A stretch of 63,872 nt of DNA, counting the filler, from Perkinsus chesapeaki ATCC PRA-425 (taxonomy: Eukaryota > Protista > Perkinsozoa): the NCBI GenBank assembly GCA_013115145.1. It is 10 parts of 10 records of this genome, joined end to end, with 100 filler letters (N's around TTAATTAATTAA, not from the genome) between each part and the next. Parts side by side here need not be neighbours in the genome. Positions count along the whole stretch, not along the records: positions 24,886 to 48,049 come from JAAPAO010000565.1; positions 48,150 to 58,110 come from JAAPAO010000914.1; 8 more parts are not named here. The stretch is one strand, 5' to 3'. The notes beneath the pieces are model-generated. The model saw only the letters and a program-made list of their open reading frames with translations, was not told the DNA's origin and ran no database searches. Each line of letters starts with the position of its first letter. The stretch's first letter is position 1. Made by a program: the position numbers and the translations under genes. Positions 38,330 through 51,129 of this stretch are shown one piece after another.

Positions 38330-39453
38330 GGGCGGTGATAACCACTACGTCAAAATGGGCTCTTCCACCGTTCACCAGCACTTAATGCCTTTCGGTCTTT
38401 CCGATTTCGAATCTGACAAACGCACGTCACAATTTGGGAAAATTGTGAAATTTCACTCAAAAACTTCCCGGAAAATTATATCGGTAGGGAAAAGAAAAAT
38501 TGTCGAAAAATTTCATCGGTAGGAAAAGGAAAAAACTCTAGAAAATTTAAAGGCTCTCCATGTGTTAATCGAAGAGCCCACACGCTATTCGCAGATCTTA
38601 CCTGCAGTGAAAACCGGAATAATCACTCTCAGAAGACGTTTTCCCGATTCCACAGAAAACAGTATTCGCTTCAGAACTTACCATATCAGCGCTGACATTT
38701 CCTAGGCCCGATCTCCAAATTTTTGGGCAAAACATTACTGTTTAATGGTAACTTATTATCAATAAATAATAATATTATTAATTAACAATTATTAATATTA
38801 TCAATTTTTTCATAAATTTCCTACTGAATTTTACCAACAACGGTGGCTATAGCTGAGATGCCATTGCTTGATCGCAATTCCGAGAAAATGTCATCAAACC
38901 GATTTCAAGTGATCAAGTGGCAAATTCCGAAATTTAGAATGAAGGGAATCTTCCAAGGTTCAGTACGATAGATAATAAAAATGTTACACTAGAGGTTCGT
39001 TTTTAAACATGAGCCGATTTTCATAAGGCGAGATACACGCCTTGTTCCCTACACCCTTACCGGCACATGGGGATTTCACTTTAAAGATTTTCCCGAGCAT
39101 TTTCCAAATATGTTAAAACAAAGACTAACAAAGAATAGGTTGATAAGGCGATCCAGTTTCGGTATCGATGCAGCTAGAATGCCAAAATAATTGAAATTTA
39201 ACTCTGAGAAAATTACTTCTTTCGCGCGGAGAGCTCGAATAGAACCTCCCTTTACTTTATTACTATCATGCTTGTCCCTGCTATTTCTGCCTGTAATTCT
39301 TTCACAAAGCTCAGACCGTCTAAGTCTCGCCTCGGTGATATCATCGACTAGATAACTATCATCGGTATCACAACGAGTTGACAGCGTGTCGCTTGACAAG
39401 GATGAGAATGGCTTTGGGGAAGGACAGCAGAAGGAGGAGGAAGAAGCACCCAT
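38330..39453 (-). CDS. Hypothetical protein with N-terminal MGASSSSFCC acylation motif
   Basis: First exon in ORF 39076-39465; downstream exons poorly resolved. Confidence 0.35.
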
Positions 39454-39789
39454 CGCGCGCCACAAAATTAAGCTGAGAGATAAAGGGGCTGGAGGGCAGT
39501 CACTGAAATATATCGAAAAACTTAATAGATATATATTATTATATCATTACACTTTTATGGTACAAAAATTCAAGAGTAAAGGAGGAACGATCGAATGATA
39601 ATCGATCAGGATGGCGCACGCTAACTAGAGCGCATGCGTGCACGTTGTGGAGCGAGACTGTCAAGCAGTTTTTGGCCAATTGGACTGTGGCGATGACTTA
39701 ATATTGAACTCAGTCGATTCCATATGATATTATAAGACATATACGTGGCTTTTATTTGCTATTAATTAATATATACTACATGTCTATTA

Positions 39790-40075
39790 TTATATATATT
39801 TCATACCGACACTTCCTTCGTTAATTATTATATATCTCATACCGACACTTCCTTCGTTAATTATTATATATTTCATACCGACACTTCCTTCGTTAATTAT
39901 TATATATTTCATATCGACACTTCCTTCGTTAATTATTATATATTTCATACCGACACTTCCTTCGTTAATTATTATATATTTCATACCGACACTTCCTTCG
40001 TTAATTATTATGTATTTCATACCGACACTTCCTTCGTTAATTATTATATATCTCATACCGACACTTCCTCAGTTA
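39790..40075. repeat. 36-bp minisatellite, ~7.5 near-identical copies
   Basis: TTCATACCGACACTTCCTTCGTTAATTATTATATAT head to tail, no spacers. Confidence 0.95.
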
Positions 40076-40759
40076 TTATTTTTCCAAGCCCTCTAATGGG
40101 CTGCGTTGCATCACACAATACTGATGATATGATTGGGCATACAAGCATTATGTAGGTTGCATATTTTTGACCGGCCCAAGATACTATCTGACCTGTTTTG
40201 AATCTTGCTACTGTCGGACGGCGTATCTTTTTGGCTTATCAATTTCGCGGATGGCGGAAACGCAGTTTTCGGAATTTTTTGGGTACATTTGTGCCAAATT
40301 GCGACTCTCTAGCGAAAAATTCAGAGAATTTCGGGAAGTTTCTGGGGAAAAATTGTTGTAAGGGCCGAAGTACAAATGTTAGATGTCATTGAAACTTTCC
40401 GGTGAAAAGTGTCCGAGTAAAACGGCGCCCTCAGGTTGCCCAGAGAAGATAGAGTTGAAGGCACGCAGGTTCGAACCGCGGCTGAGGGAAGTGGCGAAAT
40501 TGAGCTGCTAACTGAGGATCAGCTTATTCATAAAGGAATTGCCTGTGTAAGAATGCGGTAAAGATTTGCACGCATGCGCACGGCAATCAGGCGCAAGCTG
40601 CCTCGGTTACTAAGGACGAAACAAAGCGGGTTAAGCAATTGAAGGAGGCGAAGAGGTTTTTGATGGCAGCACTCGATCGGCAGCAGAAAAGCGACAACGT
40701 AGTAGGCCGTGGAGGAAGGGGAAACATTAGTAATATAATATTATGGCCTCGAGAATTAT

Positions 40760-40972
40760 ATACCTTTACAACATACCTTTACAGTATATACACTTATAAT
40801 ATACTTTTATAATATACTTTTACAACATACCTTTACAGTATATACACTTATAATATACTTTTATAATATACTTTTACAACATACCTTTACAGTATATACA
40901 CTTATAATATACTTTTATAATATACTTTTATAACATACTTTTATAATATACTTTTATAACATACTTTTATAA
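40760..40972. repeat. 54-bp higher-order repeat (x3) built from ~13-14-bp monomers
   Basis: TACAACATACCTTTACAGTATATACACTTATAATATACTTTTATAATATACTTT x3, then monomers TATAA(T/C)ATACTTT. Confidence 0.9.
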
Positions 40973-42661
40973 AATAATTTCTAATATACCTTGTATTAAG
41001 ATTTACTTATATTCATATGAAGGCGCTGTTTGGTAATTTCTGAGGTTTTCATTTCATAGCGGTCTAACTATTCGGCCCGACTATCTTTCCGCGGCAGTCT
41101 TCCTCCCCCCCCCCCGACTATTGCTTTGCAAAATACTCATCGTGGAGTCTTTCCAGCGACTCGAGCGGGGAGCCCTTCATTTAGGTACTTCACCGAAGTA
41201 CGTCCCGAGTTGGGATGTAGAGTAAAATATAGTGTGCAAAAAACTTGCGAAATTTCCTCCTTATTTTCCCAGTAGCTTGTATAAATTTCAGCAGTTTTTT
41301 GGTCGTAAATATTTCATGAACAAGTATCATATTATTGTCGGTGTTTCTATATTGAAATGTTAATGCTTCCTTTCCCAGTCCCGTCTGCAGCCGTCATCTG
41401 CGGATGCTGTCTCGTTCCACTTGGCTGCTGTGTTGTTGTCCCTTGGTGAAGATCCTGTTGAGGTAGAAATGGTATCTTAGGTTGATGCTGGTAAGATTCG
41501 TTTTAGGTCCGTAAGCGGCTCTCTATCCCACCTTTAAGTACGCCTACGAATAATAACGATAAAGAGTCGGGCATGCTTATGGTGAGTGGCGCGTCGGAAA
41601 ATAATGAATGCTATTCCCTCCTATCTCGCAGAAAATATCTTAACAATTCACCGACATGCGCACTCTAAAGAATATTTTGATAAGTATCTTCTGGCAGTTT
41701 CATGCGTCACCATAACCCAATTTGGATAAGATGCATATCAATATATTTCGATAACAAGGGGAAGAATCGCAGCGACTTGAGAATTCCTGAGATTGCGAAA
41801 AGTATCTTCGGAACTTGGTTATTCTCCTTTTTTAGAGCCCTGGCTTCTGTCCGACCCCAGCGACCACCGCAGAGTCGTCGCCTGGCCCGGAAAGCGACGT
41901 GTACGGCGAGCAAGGTGGCGAGGTGGGAGGCAATAGGGAAATAGTAATATTGGGGAGGAGGCTGGGATGGGTATAATGAGCGATAACAAAGATAGTTGTG
42001 CTGGATCTAGGCATTTAGGAAATTTATAAATATCCATCGGCTCTATGAAACAATGCACCGCAGATTATTGAATTAATATTTGTATTAATATTTACTGTAT
42101 ATAACAGAAGATAATTAATCTCAATAGCATGTGTTAAAATGTTCATCTCGATATTCGTATAAGTAACTAATCTTGATCGATCGCTCTGCATATGCTCAGC
42201 GGATCACAGGAAGGAGCAGAGGGTCGCAGTATAAAGTGGTATAATATTTCTATAGGGGCGGTGTAAAGTATCAATTATCGAATCATACCTGATAATTATC
42301 ATATTAACACAGTTATCATTATTGACTTTTTAATTGTCGTATCGACTTATATAATTGTCTTGGCCCCCAGTCATTTGGGGGCCTTCCGGGCTTGTGCTTT
42401 GTCCCAACTGCCCGGCCGCCCACAACAGGTGTACTCCGATGAAAGCATTTTATAGCCTGCTTAAAAGTGTGGTGCATAATAGGGAAGAATGTGCTTCCGA
42501 AATTTAGTTGGGGATCAGTGGAGGTACGGGACAGCCAACTTTGTGACGGGATTTGGGGGGTGAGAGGAGGAGGAGATATCTTCACCGTAGGTATCGGTAC
42601 AACTACTGGGAGACACCGAGATGAGTCCGGAGCAAAGGACAATATCAAGAACGCAAAATGT

Positions 42662-42706
42662 AAAAATGGACGTCCCAGGGATCGAACCAGGGACCTTGGG
42701 GTTACC
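42662..42706 (-). other. tRNA 3'-half-like fragment with T-run terminator
   Basis: GTAA CCCCA AGGTC CCTGG TTCGATC CCTGG GACGTCC A TTTTT has canonical 3'-half spacing; no 5' half upstream. Confidence 0.6.
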
Positions 42707-43034
42707 TCAGAGCTGCATTATCGAAGCGGTGGGAAGTAAGGTGTCGTACAGGCCGGCTGTTATGCCGGAGAAGTCACCACCGTTGCCGAGTTGTGCTCCG
42801 GATGTGCTGGTAAAGTATCATAGCTTCATGCAAGTAAGTTGGGGGGTTGGTGGAGTTCACGGAATGATACCAATGTTACTGGCTGATCTATTACGACTGT
42901 CGATAGGATTGCATCAATAATGCATTGACTGATACTATTACGTACTACTAGACTGTGTTATTGAATGTTTGTCGATTCTCTTTCTTCTCTCGAGTCTCTT
43001 TGACTTTATTGATAATAGACTTTCATTTTGGGAC

Positions 43035-44949
43035 ATGGGGGAAACTTTCGAGTTCGCCAGTATACATAGCTTATGTTACGTAAGCCAGCACGGGCATATA
43101 TTACTGTAGCACCTTCAAGAAAGACCTTCGCAGTGCATTTAGTATTATCTCTCTCGGCAACTAGCCCTGTCGAAGATGATCTTTGCTCAGGCCGTCCCTT
43201 CTCCTGCCGCATTCTCACCAGTGCCGTCCCAGCAGGGGTCGGAGGTCGGCTCGCTGCAGATCAGGGTAGTCGTCGGGTCAGGTCCGGAGGTTGCTGAGAA
43301 GTTTAATTAGGTCGACAGGCGGCATAGAAGTCTTTCTCGCCAGCACAGTGGGATGGTGGCTGCCGGTTGTGGAGGATACGATGATGATTGTTGTATCGAT
43401 TCAGAGTGCGGGGATAACTCGGTCATTGATTTCGACCCTGATAATGACGAACCACTTTCGGATGAGGTGAGCCGAATGAACCCGTCAAGTTGGAGATACG
43501 GCTTTTCCAGAAATGTGACGAGTTGTTGTCGGAAATAGTTAGCGAGGCGGGAAGCTCTTTGGGGCATTCACCAGGCACTACACCAAGTGAGTCCAGCTCA
43601 TGGGTATCTTGCATGCTTCAAGCTAAGATATGCCTGCAGGTTCTGAATGGAACATCTCTGATTTCAATCCTCTATTGAAGGGTAACCGCTCTCGGTCTCT
43701 GACTGTCTTCATGCATAGCGGCATAACCGGCGAAATGATTTCTAAGTAGCCACCACCACTTTCGCATCGACTTAAACAATTTGCTCAGATTTGAGATCTC
43801 TCTGGTGGACAAGAGCTCAATAGACCAGCTTTATGCGGCCTTAGAGGCTTCATTGCAGCGAGAATGCGGCTTGGGGATATCAGAAACCCATTGGGTTAGG
43901 GGAAACAGAAGGATTCGTTGTGATAAACGAATGTTATTGTCGGCTTTAGCACCGGTATTGACCTCTGGAGTATCTTGCACGCTTGAAGCTAAGATTTCTC
44001 CTTTTCAGTCTGGAAACTGTGAACTTCGTATGTGCACAGTTCCCAAGACGCCGCCAGCTGAGATGGATATCTACACGTCACGCGCCGCCCCAGAGGGCAG
44101 CATTAGACTTAAGTCCCTCACACCCCACACTTTGTGTCCAGGTCGCATAGGAATGCTCAACACCAAGTAAGATACTCTCCTCCTTCTCAGCCTCGATACC
44201 TTGTATATTACCGTTGATCTCCATCAGCCATAGCTACCTTGATAGTTGTTATGAGAGAAGACTACCGTTTTGCAAAGGGTCCCTGTCAGTTCTATTTTGG
44301 GCAGTTTCCTTTTGGTTCTGTGAAATCAACATCGAGATATCGGTGGGTTCGCAATCTTAGTTAGGCTATGCAATTCCCTCACCGTAATATCACGATCTAA
44401 GGGAAGTTACAGTGTTACTGTGGAAAAATGACTCAGTTTTGGGGACATGCAAGAATCTCTCGGAAATGTGTGAAGATTTTCCCATGTGGTGCGCTCTGGG
44501 CGCTGATGGACGTAGCTGTTATTGGTGGTTGTTGTTGTTTCAGCCCACTTCGTCGAGGTTTGGATTACTCTGTTGTTTTGGTATCTCAAATGGATTCTGG
44601 TAATTCATGTTGGTTATCTGGTAAATCTCTTCTCATCGACCATAAGCTTGGGGTTATACAATTTGCCCTTAGTGATATGCAAATTAAGAGTTTGCTTAGA
44701 CGAACTCAAGATGGGTAAGAAGAAAGATCATTTGTTAATATTATTATTAAAATCAGATTATTTGATGTTTATCTGGTTGTTGATGGTTCACTTCGCAGTG
44801 AGAATCGTCGTACAGTTGTTGTCGTTGATAATTCTGGTGTCACCCCAAATGCTCAAACTGGTGATGGAGATGTTAGTGATGGAGATAGCAGTGATTCCTG
44901 TGATACCTCTGATGTTGCCTCCTGGGCAGAGTTCGATCCTATTCTATAA
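43035..44949 (+). CDS. Hypothetical multi-exon protein
   Basis: Open exons such as LEIRLFQKCDELLSEIV, FEISLVDKSSIDQLYAALE and LFDVYLVVDG..AEFDPIL*; may be more than one gene. Confidence 0.35.
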
Positions 44950-46299
44950 CGTACATTAACTTGCTGACTTTTATTACTCCTATTGTTCCGCTCTTCGATA
45001 TCCGGCTCGGCTGCCTCTGCGCTAGGCGCCACACTGCACTGAGAATTCTTGATATTTGTATTTTATCTGCACCAATTCCCGCCACCGCAAGTTATTATAA
45101 TGCTATTTGCAACAGTCATCACATGACAGCTAGAGGTGTCAGAATAATACGGCATAACGCCTGGGCATCACTGCCCGCGAGCACAAGGTGTCATTTTCCC
45201 ACTATTCTTGTTAGACTACAATAGTTGTGTAAGATATCATCCCCTGTCATATTTTGCTTTGCAAGTCCAGTGCAACTGCCGTGACAGTGTTGGACATTAC
45301 CTGCTTTAAAGCTGTCGGTTATTGAGTGTATCATTACTGTCTCAAATAGCAGTTTCGTCAATAACAAAGTCGCTATTAGATGCAGCCTTTTGAGTTTACT
45401 AGTGGGAGACTGGGCATGCTAAAAAAGCTGTATGGAAAAATGGCGGAACGGTATTATAGCTTGTTGGCATTTCGAAGGTTGTGGGTTCGATCCTCAGCAA
45501 TGTTGTATTGTATTTGTTAGCGGTTGAAGGTAGAGAGATTTTACTAAGTATTGTCCTTTCTATTAATGGAGGATCATCAGGATTCAGCGGAGCTCAACTT
45601 CGACCCGGTAAGCGCTCCCTGGTGTTATCGACGGACGCAATTTACTTCACGTTTGTGTTTTTGTGGGCTCTTCGTTACTTCGTTACGGCTTTGCATTATT
45701 AGTTCTCCGCTCGAACCCTCACTTAGAGCTCGGCGTAGTTCCCATTGATAGGTGTGGCAGAAAGCACAGTGTTTAAATATCTGTGAAGTCGAGCAACTTT
45801 TACGGCAGCCTTACGCCAGGTTGGTCGAGTCTGGTAGGAGCAGTTCGAAAACCCAGTGTTTGGAGCAGAGTTACAAACACGCACTCAGGTGAGCGATTCA
45901 CACCAATAAAATGCCCGGCAGGCTACACTGTCATAGCCGTATTCACACTGAATGGCATGAGCCTAAAATTGGAGTTATATATACTAGCGTGTGGTCAGAA
46001 TTTCCTTACTGACTTCTCCGTCCAGTGGCATTAGAGGTCTCCGCTTATCTTCTACCCGTTTTGTGCGCAATCCCCAAGTCTATCCATCAGCCTTTTTATG
46101 TTAGTATACAGTGCCCAACACTGGGCATTCGTCCAGTCCGGCGCAGATGTCATTTCGAGTGTTAAGAATTTTTTGTTGATGTGAATGTATAAAACGATGC
46201 TTAGGAAAATCGCTTTCCTCGTGAAGAGCATTCCTTCTGAGAGGGTTCGGCGTACTTCTATGACTGCCTGTTCAGATTCTCCAAGATAACCGATCCCGA

Positions 46300-47966
46300 A
46301 GCCCTAACGGAGCTTCGAGCAGCCCTCGAGGATTGGGAGCCTCCGACGGCGACGCAGGGAGGAAAGCTTCACAGTTTTGAAATGGTGAGGCATAATAGTG
46401 GTTTTCGAACAGATCTGCGATTTCATTCGTAACGTAGTTTCTATCGAGTTTACCATTGTCCCGAGTAGCTTACAATAACATTGGTTGTACTCATTACGGG
46501 ATTTTAATCTCCTCTGCTGCACTGCGATGATTTGCCTGTCGTTCAGGCTCAACTGGTTTCGCTACTCCCGGAGAACGCTAACGTGGCCAAATCATTGATA
46601 CCGAGTATGTCGAGATATAGTGACAAGTAAGACAATGAAGAGCGGTTTGAACTTCATCGCGGTATGCCTCAAATGTTGACTGAATTTCGATGAACGGGAT
46701 TACCATATCCAGGACGCTATTGTAATGTTGACTTTTCTGTGTGAAACGGTTGATCGATTTATACGTTATTAGTGGGACACTTCACCAAGGGAAATTCTAT
46801 CCCTTAAAGTAAGGGGTCGAAAACTGTCGAAATCAACTTAATCAAATGCCTGTTTAAATAATTCAACCCAACTCGATATTCCCGACTTTGTTTAATCAAG
46901 TTAACGTTGATGATATTTTGTCGCATTTCAGCGACCTCGACCAGCTGTTAGCCGACATCGCCACTTACAAGAGTTTCGGTGGAGGTATGGCGTTTGATGA
47001 CGATGTCCAGGATGAGTTAATGTAACGATTTCACCAATGCATTGTAGTTGCGTGTATGTGCACTGTACGACTAGCAATCCACCCCGAAAACAATGGCTCC
47101 GAGCCATAGAGGAGGAACACCAGATGCCCCAGAAGGAGCTCTTTTGTCCTCTGCGTCTAGTATAGTTAGTAACAAAGTTCCCGCTGTATCTTCGCAGTAG
47201 GATCACTTCCTACTTATCGAAAAACACACTTACGTGGCTGCCTGATCTTTGTTTGGTACTCCACTCAGCATACAACACAACACCTCTATCTACACGGATG
47301 AACGTGCAACTGCTGCATTCATGCATTAACCGGCTGCTACGACAGCAGATCTTCGTTCAACTTCTTCTAGAATTGCTAGAACCTATCAGAAGTCTTTACA
47401 AACGGCAAGGATGCGCTCCTACAGCAGTGAGGTGGATTATTCGGGTTTGTTCCTCGGAGTTGTCATGCCCCGAGTGAGCCTCGAAAGCTCCCATTAGGAT
47501 TCCTAATGAAAACAATCAAATGGCGAGATCGGTGTGCCTCACCTCTGGCCGTCAACTCGAACTTTTCGTAAGAGCTACTTCGCACCAACTTCAGCCTGAC
47601 CACACCAACGCTGCGTATCGCTCTCGCCGAGTGAGCTTACATTTTATCCAGCAGTCGCCCGTTCCCCATAAGCTTCTTCAAAAGAACCTTCCGAACGCAT
47701 TCGGGGTGTCCAGAGACGTCCATGGCTGGGAAGGGGTATTTGGTGGCTTTTCGAGGGACGCCAGGTGGATGGGAAGTCTCAACAGGTTTGATGGGGTGTT
47801 GCTGGGGGTTAACTGAATTGTGAAGTTAAAATTGGTTCATCAAAAGTTGATTACCTCCTCTTGTGCGTCGACGTTTGGGTGGCGCCTTGGATGAGCGAGG
47901 AACCGAAGGTTGTTTGGGATGATCTGAGTGAATGGTGAAGTCAGAGCATCCAAGTCTTATAAGCAT
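46300..47966 (-). CDS. Hypothetical multi-exon protein, head to head with the tRNA
   Basis: Exons ..SKAPPKRRRTRG|VNPQQHPIK..VRKVLLKKLMGNGRLLDK and KELLLGHLVFLLYGSE; limits uncertain. Confidence 0.3.
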
Positions 47967-47977
47967 AGAAAATATAA

Positions 47978-48049
47978 GCCACTTTAGCTTAGTGGTAGAG
48001 CGTCTGCTTCGTAAGCAGAAGGTCGTCAGTTCAATCCTGGCAAGTGGCT
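47978..48049 (+). tRNA. tRNA-Thr (anticodon CGT)
   Basis: Full cloverleaf: acceptor GCCACTT/AAGTGGC, D-arm GCTT/GAGC, anticodon arm TCTGC-TTCGTAA-GCAGA, T-arm GTCAG-TTCAATC-CTGGC; ends at the contig edge. Confidence 0.97.
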
Positions 48050-48149
48050 NNNNNNNNNNNNNNNNNNNNNNNNNNNNNNNNNNNNNNNNNNNNTTAATTA
48101 ATTAANNNNNNNNNNNNNNNNNNNNNNNNNNNNNNNNNNNNNNNNNNNN

Positions 48150-48444
48150 ACATAAGTAAAGGCGCTGAAATAACGACGATGATAATTTGTCAGATGTTTA
48201 CATTTTATTAAATGAATAAATGTCATTAGATAAATAATATCCCTGCCGTTTCCAATATAACTCCATTATTAACAACACAACAAGCTTTATTATTATTTAC
48301 AATCCGGAAAGGGGATTTTCACGAAGAAAGTTAAATATTGGATTAAGGAATTGTTGACGCTCATCATCAGTTCTAAAATATAATTATAATATCGTATATA
48401 TGTTGGCCCAATCTAGCTCACCTAAAGAAATGCCCTCCCATCGG
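48150..48444. repeat. Left arm of a ~295-bp inverted duplication (partner 57552-57846)
   Basis: The reverse complement matches 57552-57846 with only a handful of substitutions. Confidence 0.93.
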
Positions 48445-49460
48445 TAACTTCATCTTTACACATTTCGCGCAGTCTTCTGGCCGATTATTGTTATAAACGT
48501 CAACAAAACTATCGAGGTCGGTGACGGGTACCTTTTGAGGATCGACAATTGTGTGACAAAAGCGATCCACTCAACCTTACAACATCATCATCAACAGCAT
48601 GAATAAACATCATTCTTGTTTCAATATTTTCTGCACATCTCTTCATCACCGGTGACATGTTAATCAATGATAACTTATTTAAAGATTCCTTCTTCCATCT
48701 GTACACCTTTTCACCCTCAGCAGTTGATCGAATGACATTACAGTATCCGATACTATTAAGGGAGGCAATCTAAAAGAATAAATAACCGTTGTTGATTCCA
48801 GACACCATGTCACATTTTCGGATGTGAATCTATTGGTAGGGCTTTGTGACATATCAAACCTGCCACTAACTGATATAATTAATGGAACTTTGGTAACATG
48901 GGGATTGCCGGCAAACATACTTACAACCGTACCACCTGAGGAGGTTATAATTCACCAGCAGCAGCAGCAAGACAACTGGTTGTTAATAAGGTACCTTTAG
49001 AATGACCCATTACACATACTGTTTCTAGTTCCCTATCCTTCTTCAACATTTTGATAGCCGCATCAATTTGGATGACCTGCAATAGTAGTACTGTTGTCGA
49101 GTTTGAATACTTGCCTCTTCATTATAGTCTGCACAGTCCCACTCACCAATTGAATCACCATTTCCGATAAAGTCAAATCGAAAAGATGCAATATTCAACG
49201 AAGATACCCATGCCTCACTCATGCTTGATATTAGTGCTAAGGAGATGAAGGTATAAAGGCAAGGCATTATCATCATAATCATAACTCTTACGTGTATTCT
49301 TATCGCAGTACAATCCATGACATATAATAGCAACATAGTTAGATGTTGATGGATGAGAAGGTGTTGTGAGTATACCACTAAGTTGGTGAATTGTAGCATC
49401 ACCACCGAATGTTGGTGATGCTACACAGTGAAACTTGATCGCCTCTTCTTTACTCGTCAT
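48297..49460 (-). CDS. Alpha/beta-hydrolase (paralogue 1), multi-exon
   Basis: VAIICHGLYCDKN, FRFDFIGNGDSIGEW, nucleophile elbow GHSK|G, SGRFDM, FIHAVDD, PMGGHFF|RTDDERQQFLNP..GL*. Confidence 0.85.
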
Positions 49461-49596
49461 TGCATTAAACAAGTAATGCTAAAACCTTATGAGAATTGAC
49501 ATTCCCGAATTGATCTACTCAAAACTACATACAGAAGGAAACGGTGGAAAGCAAATAAACAAACACTTGTCGGTGAATAGAGGTAATAAATATAAA

Positions 49597-51047
49597 TTAA
49601 CTCGATGAGTGATGGTGATATTGACCAATATTGAATCTCTTTACGAGACCGACGGCCAAACCAAGTGCAGCAAAGCCTCCAACGGCTATACCAATACCGA
49701 GGAGTAAATCATCTTTGTTCCATTTTGGTGATGCTGGAATATCTTTATTATAAATATTATCAACTCTTTGAGTAGGTGTTAGAGGTACACCATGGGCAGT
49801 GGCAGGATCAGTGCTCATTTCTGACGATTCATCATCATCATCAACACCAACTTCACCAATATGTGCTGTAGGTGTTATTGGTACATAACCTTCTGTTTTG
49901 GGCGACCCCTCCAATAATAATTCTCCTTCTACTGGTGCATCATACTCACCACTAGTCATAGTAGGTGTTATTGGAACAGTTACTGCTCTATTGCATCCCA
50001 CTTCATCATCTTCTATAGAATGGCTTCGATTTGGCATCACTAATCCCTCCTCCTCTTCATCAGTAACAGTAACTTCAATTACTTCCTGCTTCTTCTTCTG
50101 TTCACCACCACGACCATCTACTATCATTTCAGCTTCGGCCAACTCCTCTGTCTTTGGGGCATCCATCTCATAAAATTCAGATACCTTTATTTCCTCTTCC
50201 CCATTCGGTGTTACATCAGCCTCAGCCACCTCAACACTCTCACTTTTATTCCTCTCACACAGTTCATTATCCTTTACATCGACATCAGTATGGTCAACAA
50301 TTGGCTCCTTTTCAAGCTTCTCGATAACTTCTTCCTCCTTCGCAGTCTCATTAATGGATCCATCGACGGCAGCTTCGTGATCAATCGTTATTTCAGCGGC
50401 TACTTCCACAATATCACTTTTTGCTGTTGTTGCTTCCCCTGCAGCTGCCTTCTCTTCAGTTGCTGTTGCAGCTTCCCCTGTAGCTGCCTTCTCTTCAGTT
50501 GCTGATGNNNNNNNNNNNNNNNNNNNNNNNNNNNNNNNNNNNNNNNNNNNNNNNNNNNNNNNNNNNNNNNNNNNNNNNNNNNNNNNNNNNNNNNNNNNNN
50601 NNNTTGCTGTTGCAGCTTCCCCTGTAGCTGCCTTCTCTTCAGTTGCTGTTGCAGCTTCCCCTGTAGCTGCCTTCTCTGTAGTTGGTGTACTTCCTACGTC
50701 CTCACTAGATGTACTAACATTAACTCCAGTACTAGTTGCCTTCTTCTTTCCATGTCTATGATCTAAAACATCAACCCCTCGACTACATGGCATCACCACA
50801 TTACTATTACTTCTTCTTTTTCTATTCTTACCGTTACTATTCCCTTCAGCCGGTTTATTCTCCCCCTCTTCTTCTGCTGCTTGTTTCTTCTCCTCCTCCT
50901 CCATTTTCCCTGATTTTCTCTCATCAAGCTTCTTCTGTAATCTAGCCCTAGCAGTAGTGGCCTGCGGAGGGGGTACATCAGTCACTAATGATGCCCTTGA
51001 TGACGATGATGCTGATGTTTCCTCTGACGCCTGTGGTGGTACAACCT
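49597..51047 (-). CDS. Acidic low-complexity protein with C-terminal TM anchor; possibly the last exon of the TPR gene
   Basis: 462-codon ORF, Glu-rich, with ATEEKAATGEAAT repeats, ending LLLGIGIAVGGFAALGLAVGLVKRF..; preceded by a TTTTAG acceptor. Confidence 0.75.
50420..50690 (-). repeat. In-frame 39-bp (13-aa) tandem repeat spanning a scaffold gap
   Basis: ATEEKAATGEAAT units on both sides of Ns 50508-50603. Confidence 0.85.
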
Positions 51048-51129
51048 AAAATATTAATAAACCTTTACTTCGCCACTTTTATCAAACCCATTGTTATTGT
51101 TGCTATGTTACCAAGGTAACATGGCATGT

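Noticed and set aside
39790-40075. 36-bp repeat as a CRISPR array or an 88-aa repeat protein
   Set aside because: Units are contiguous with no unique spacers, there are no cas genes and the context is eukaryotic; the ORF is a by-product of a unit length divisible by three.
42340-42920. ArfGAP-like zinc finger (LVLCPNCPAAHN)
   Set aside because: Only one CxxC with weak context; strand and exon structure could not be resolved.
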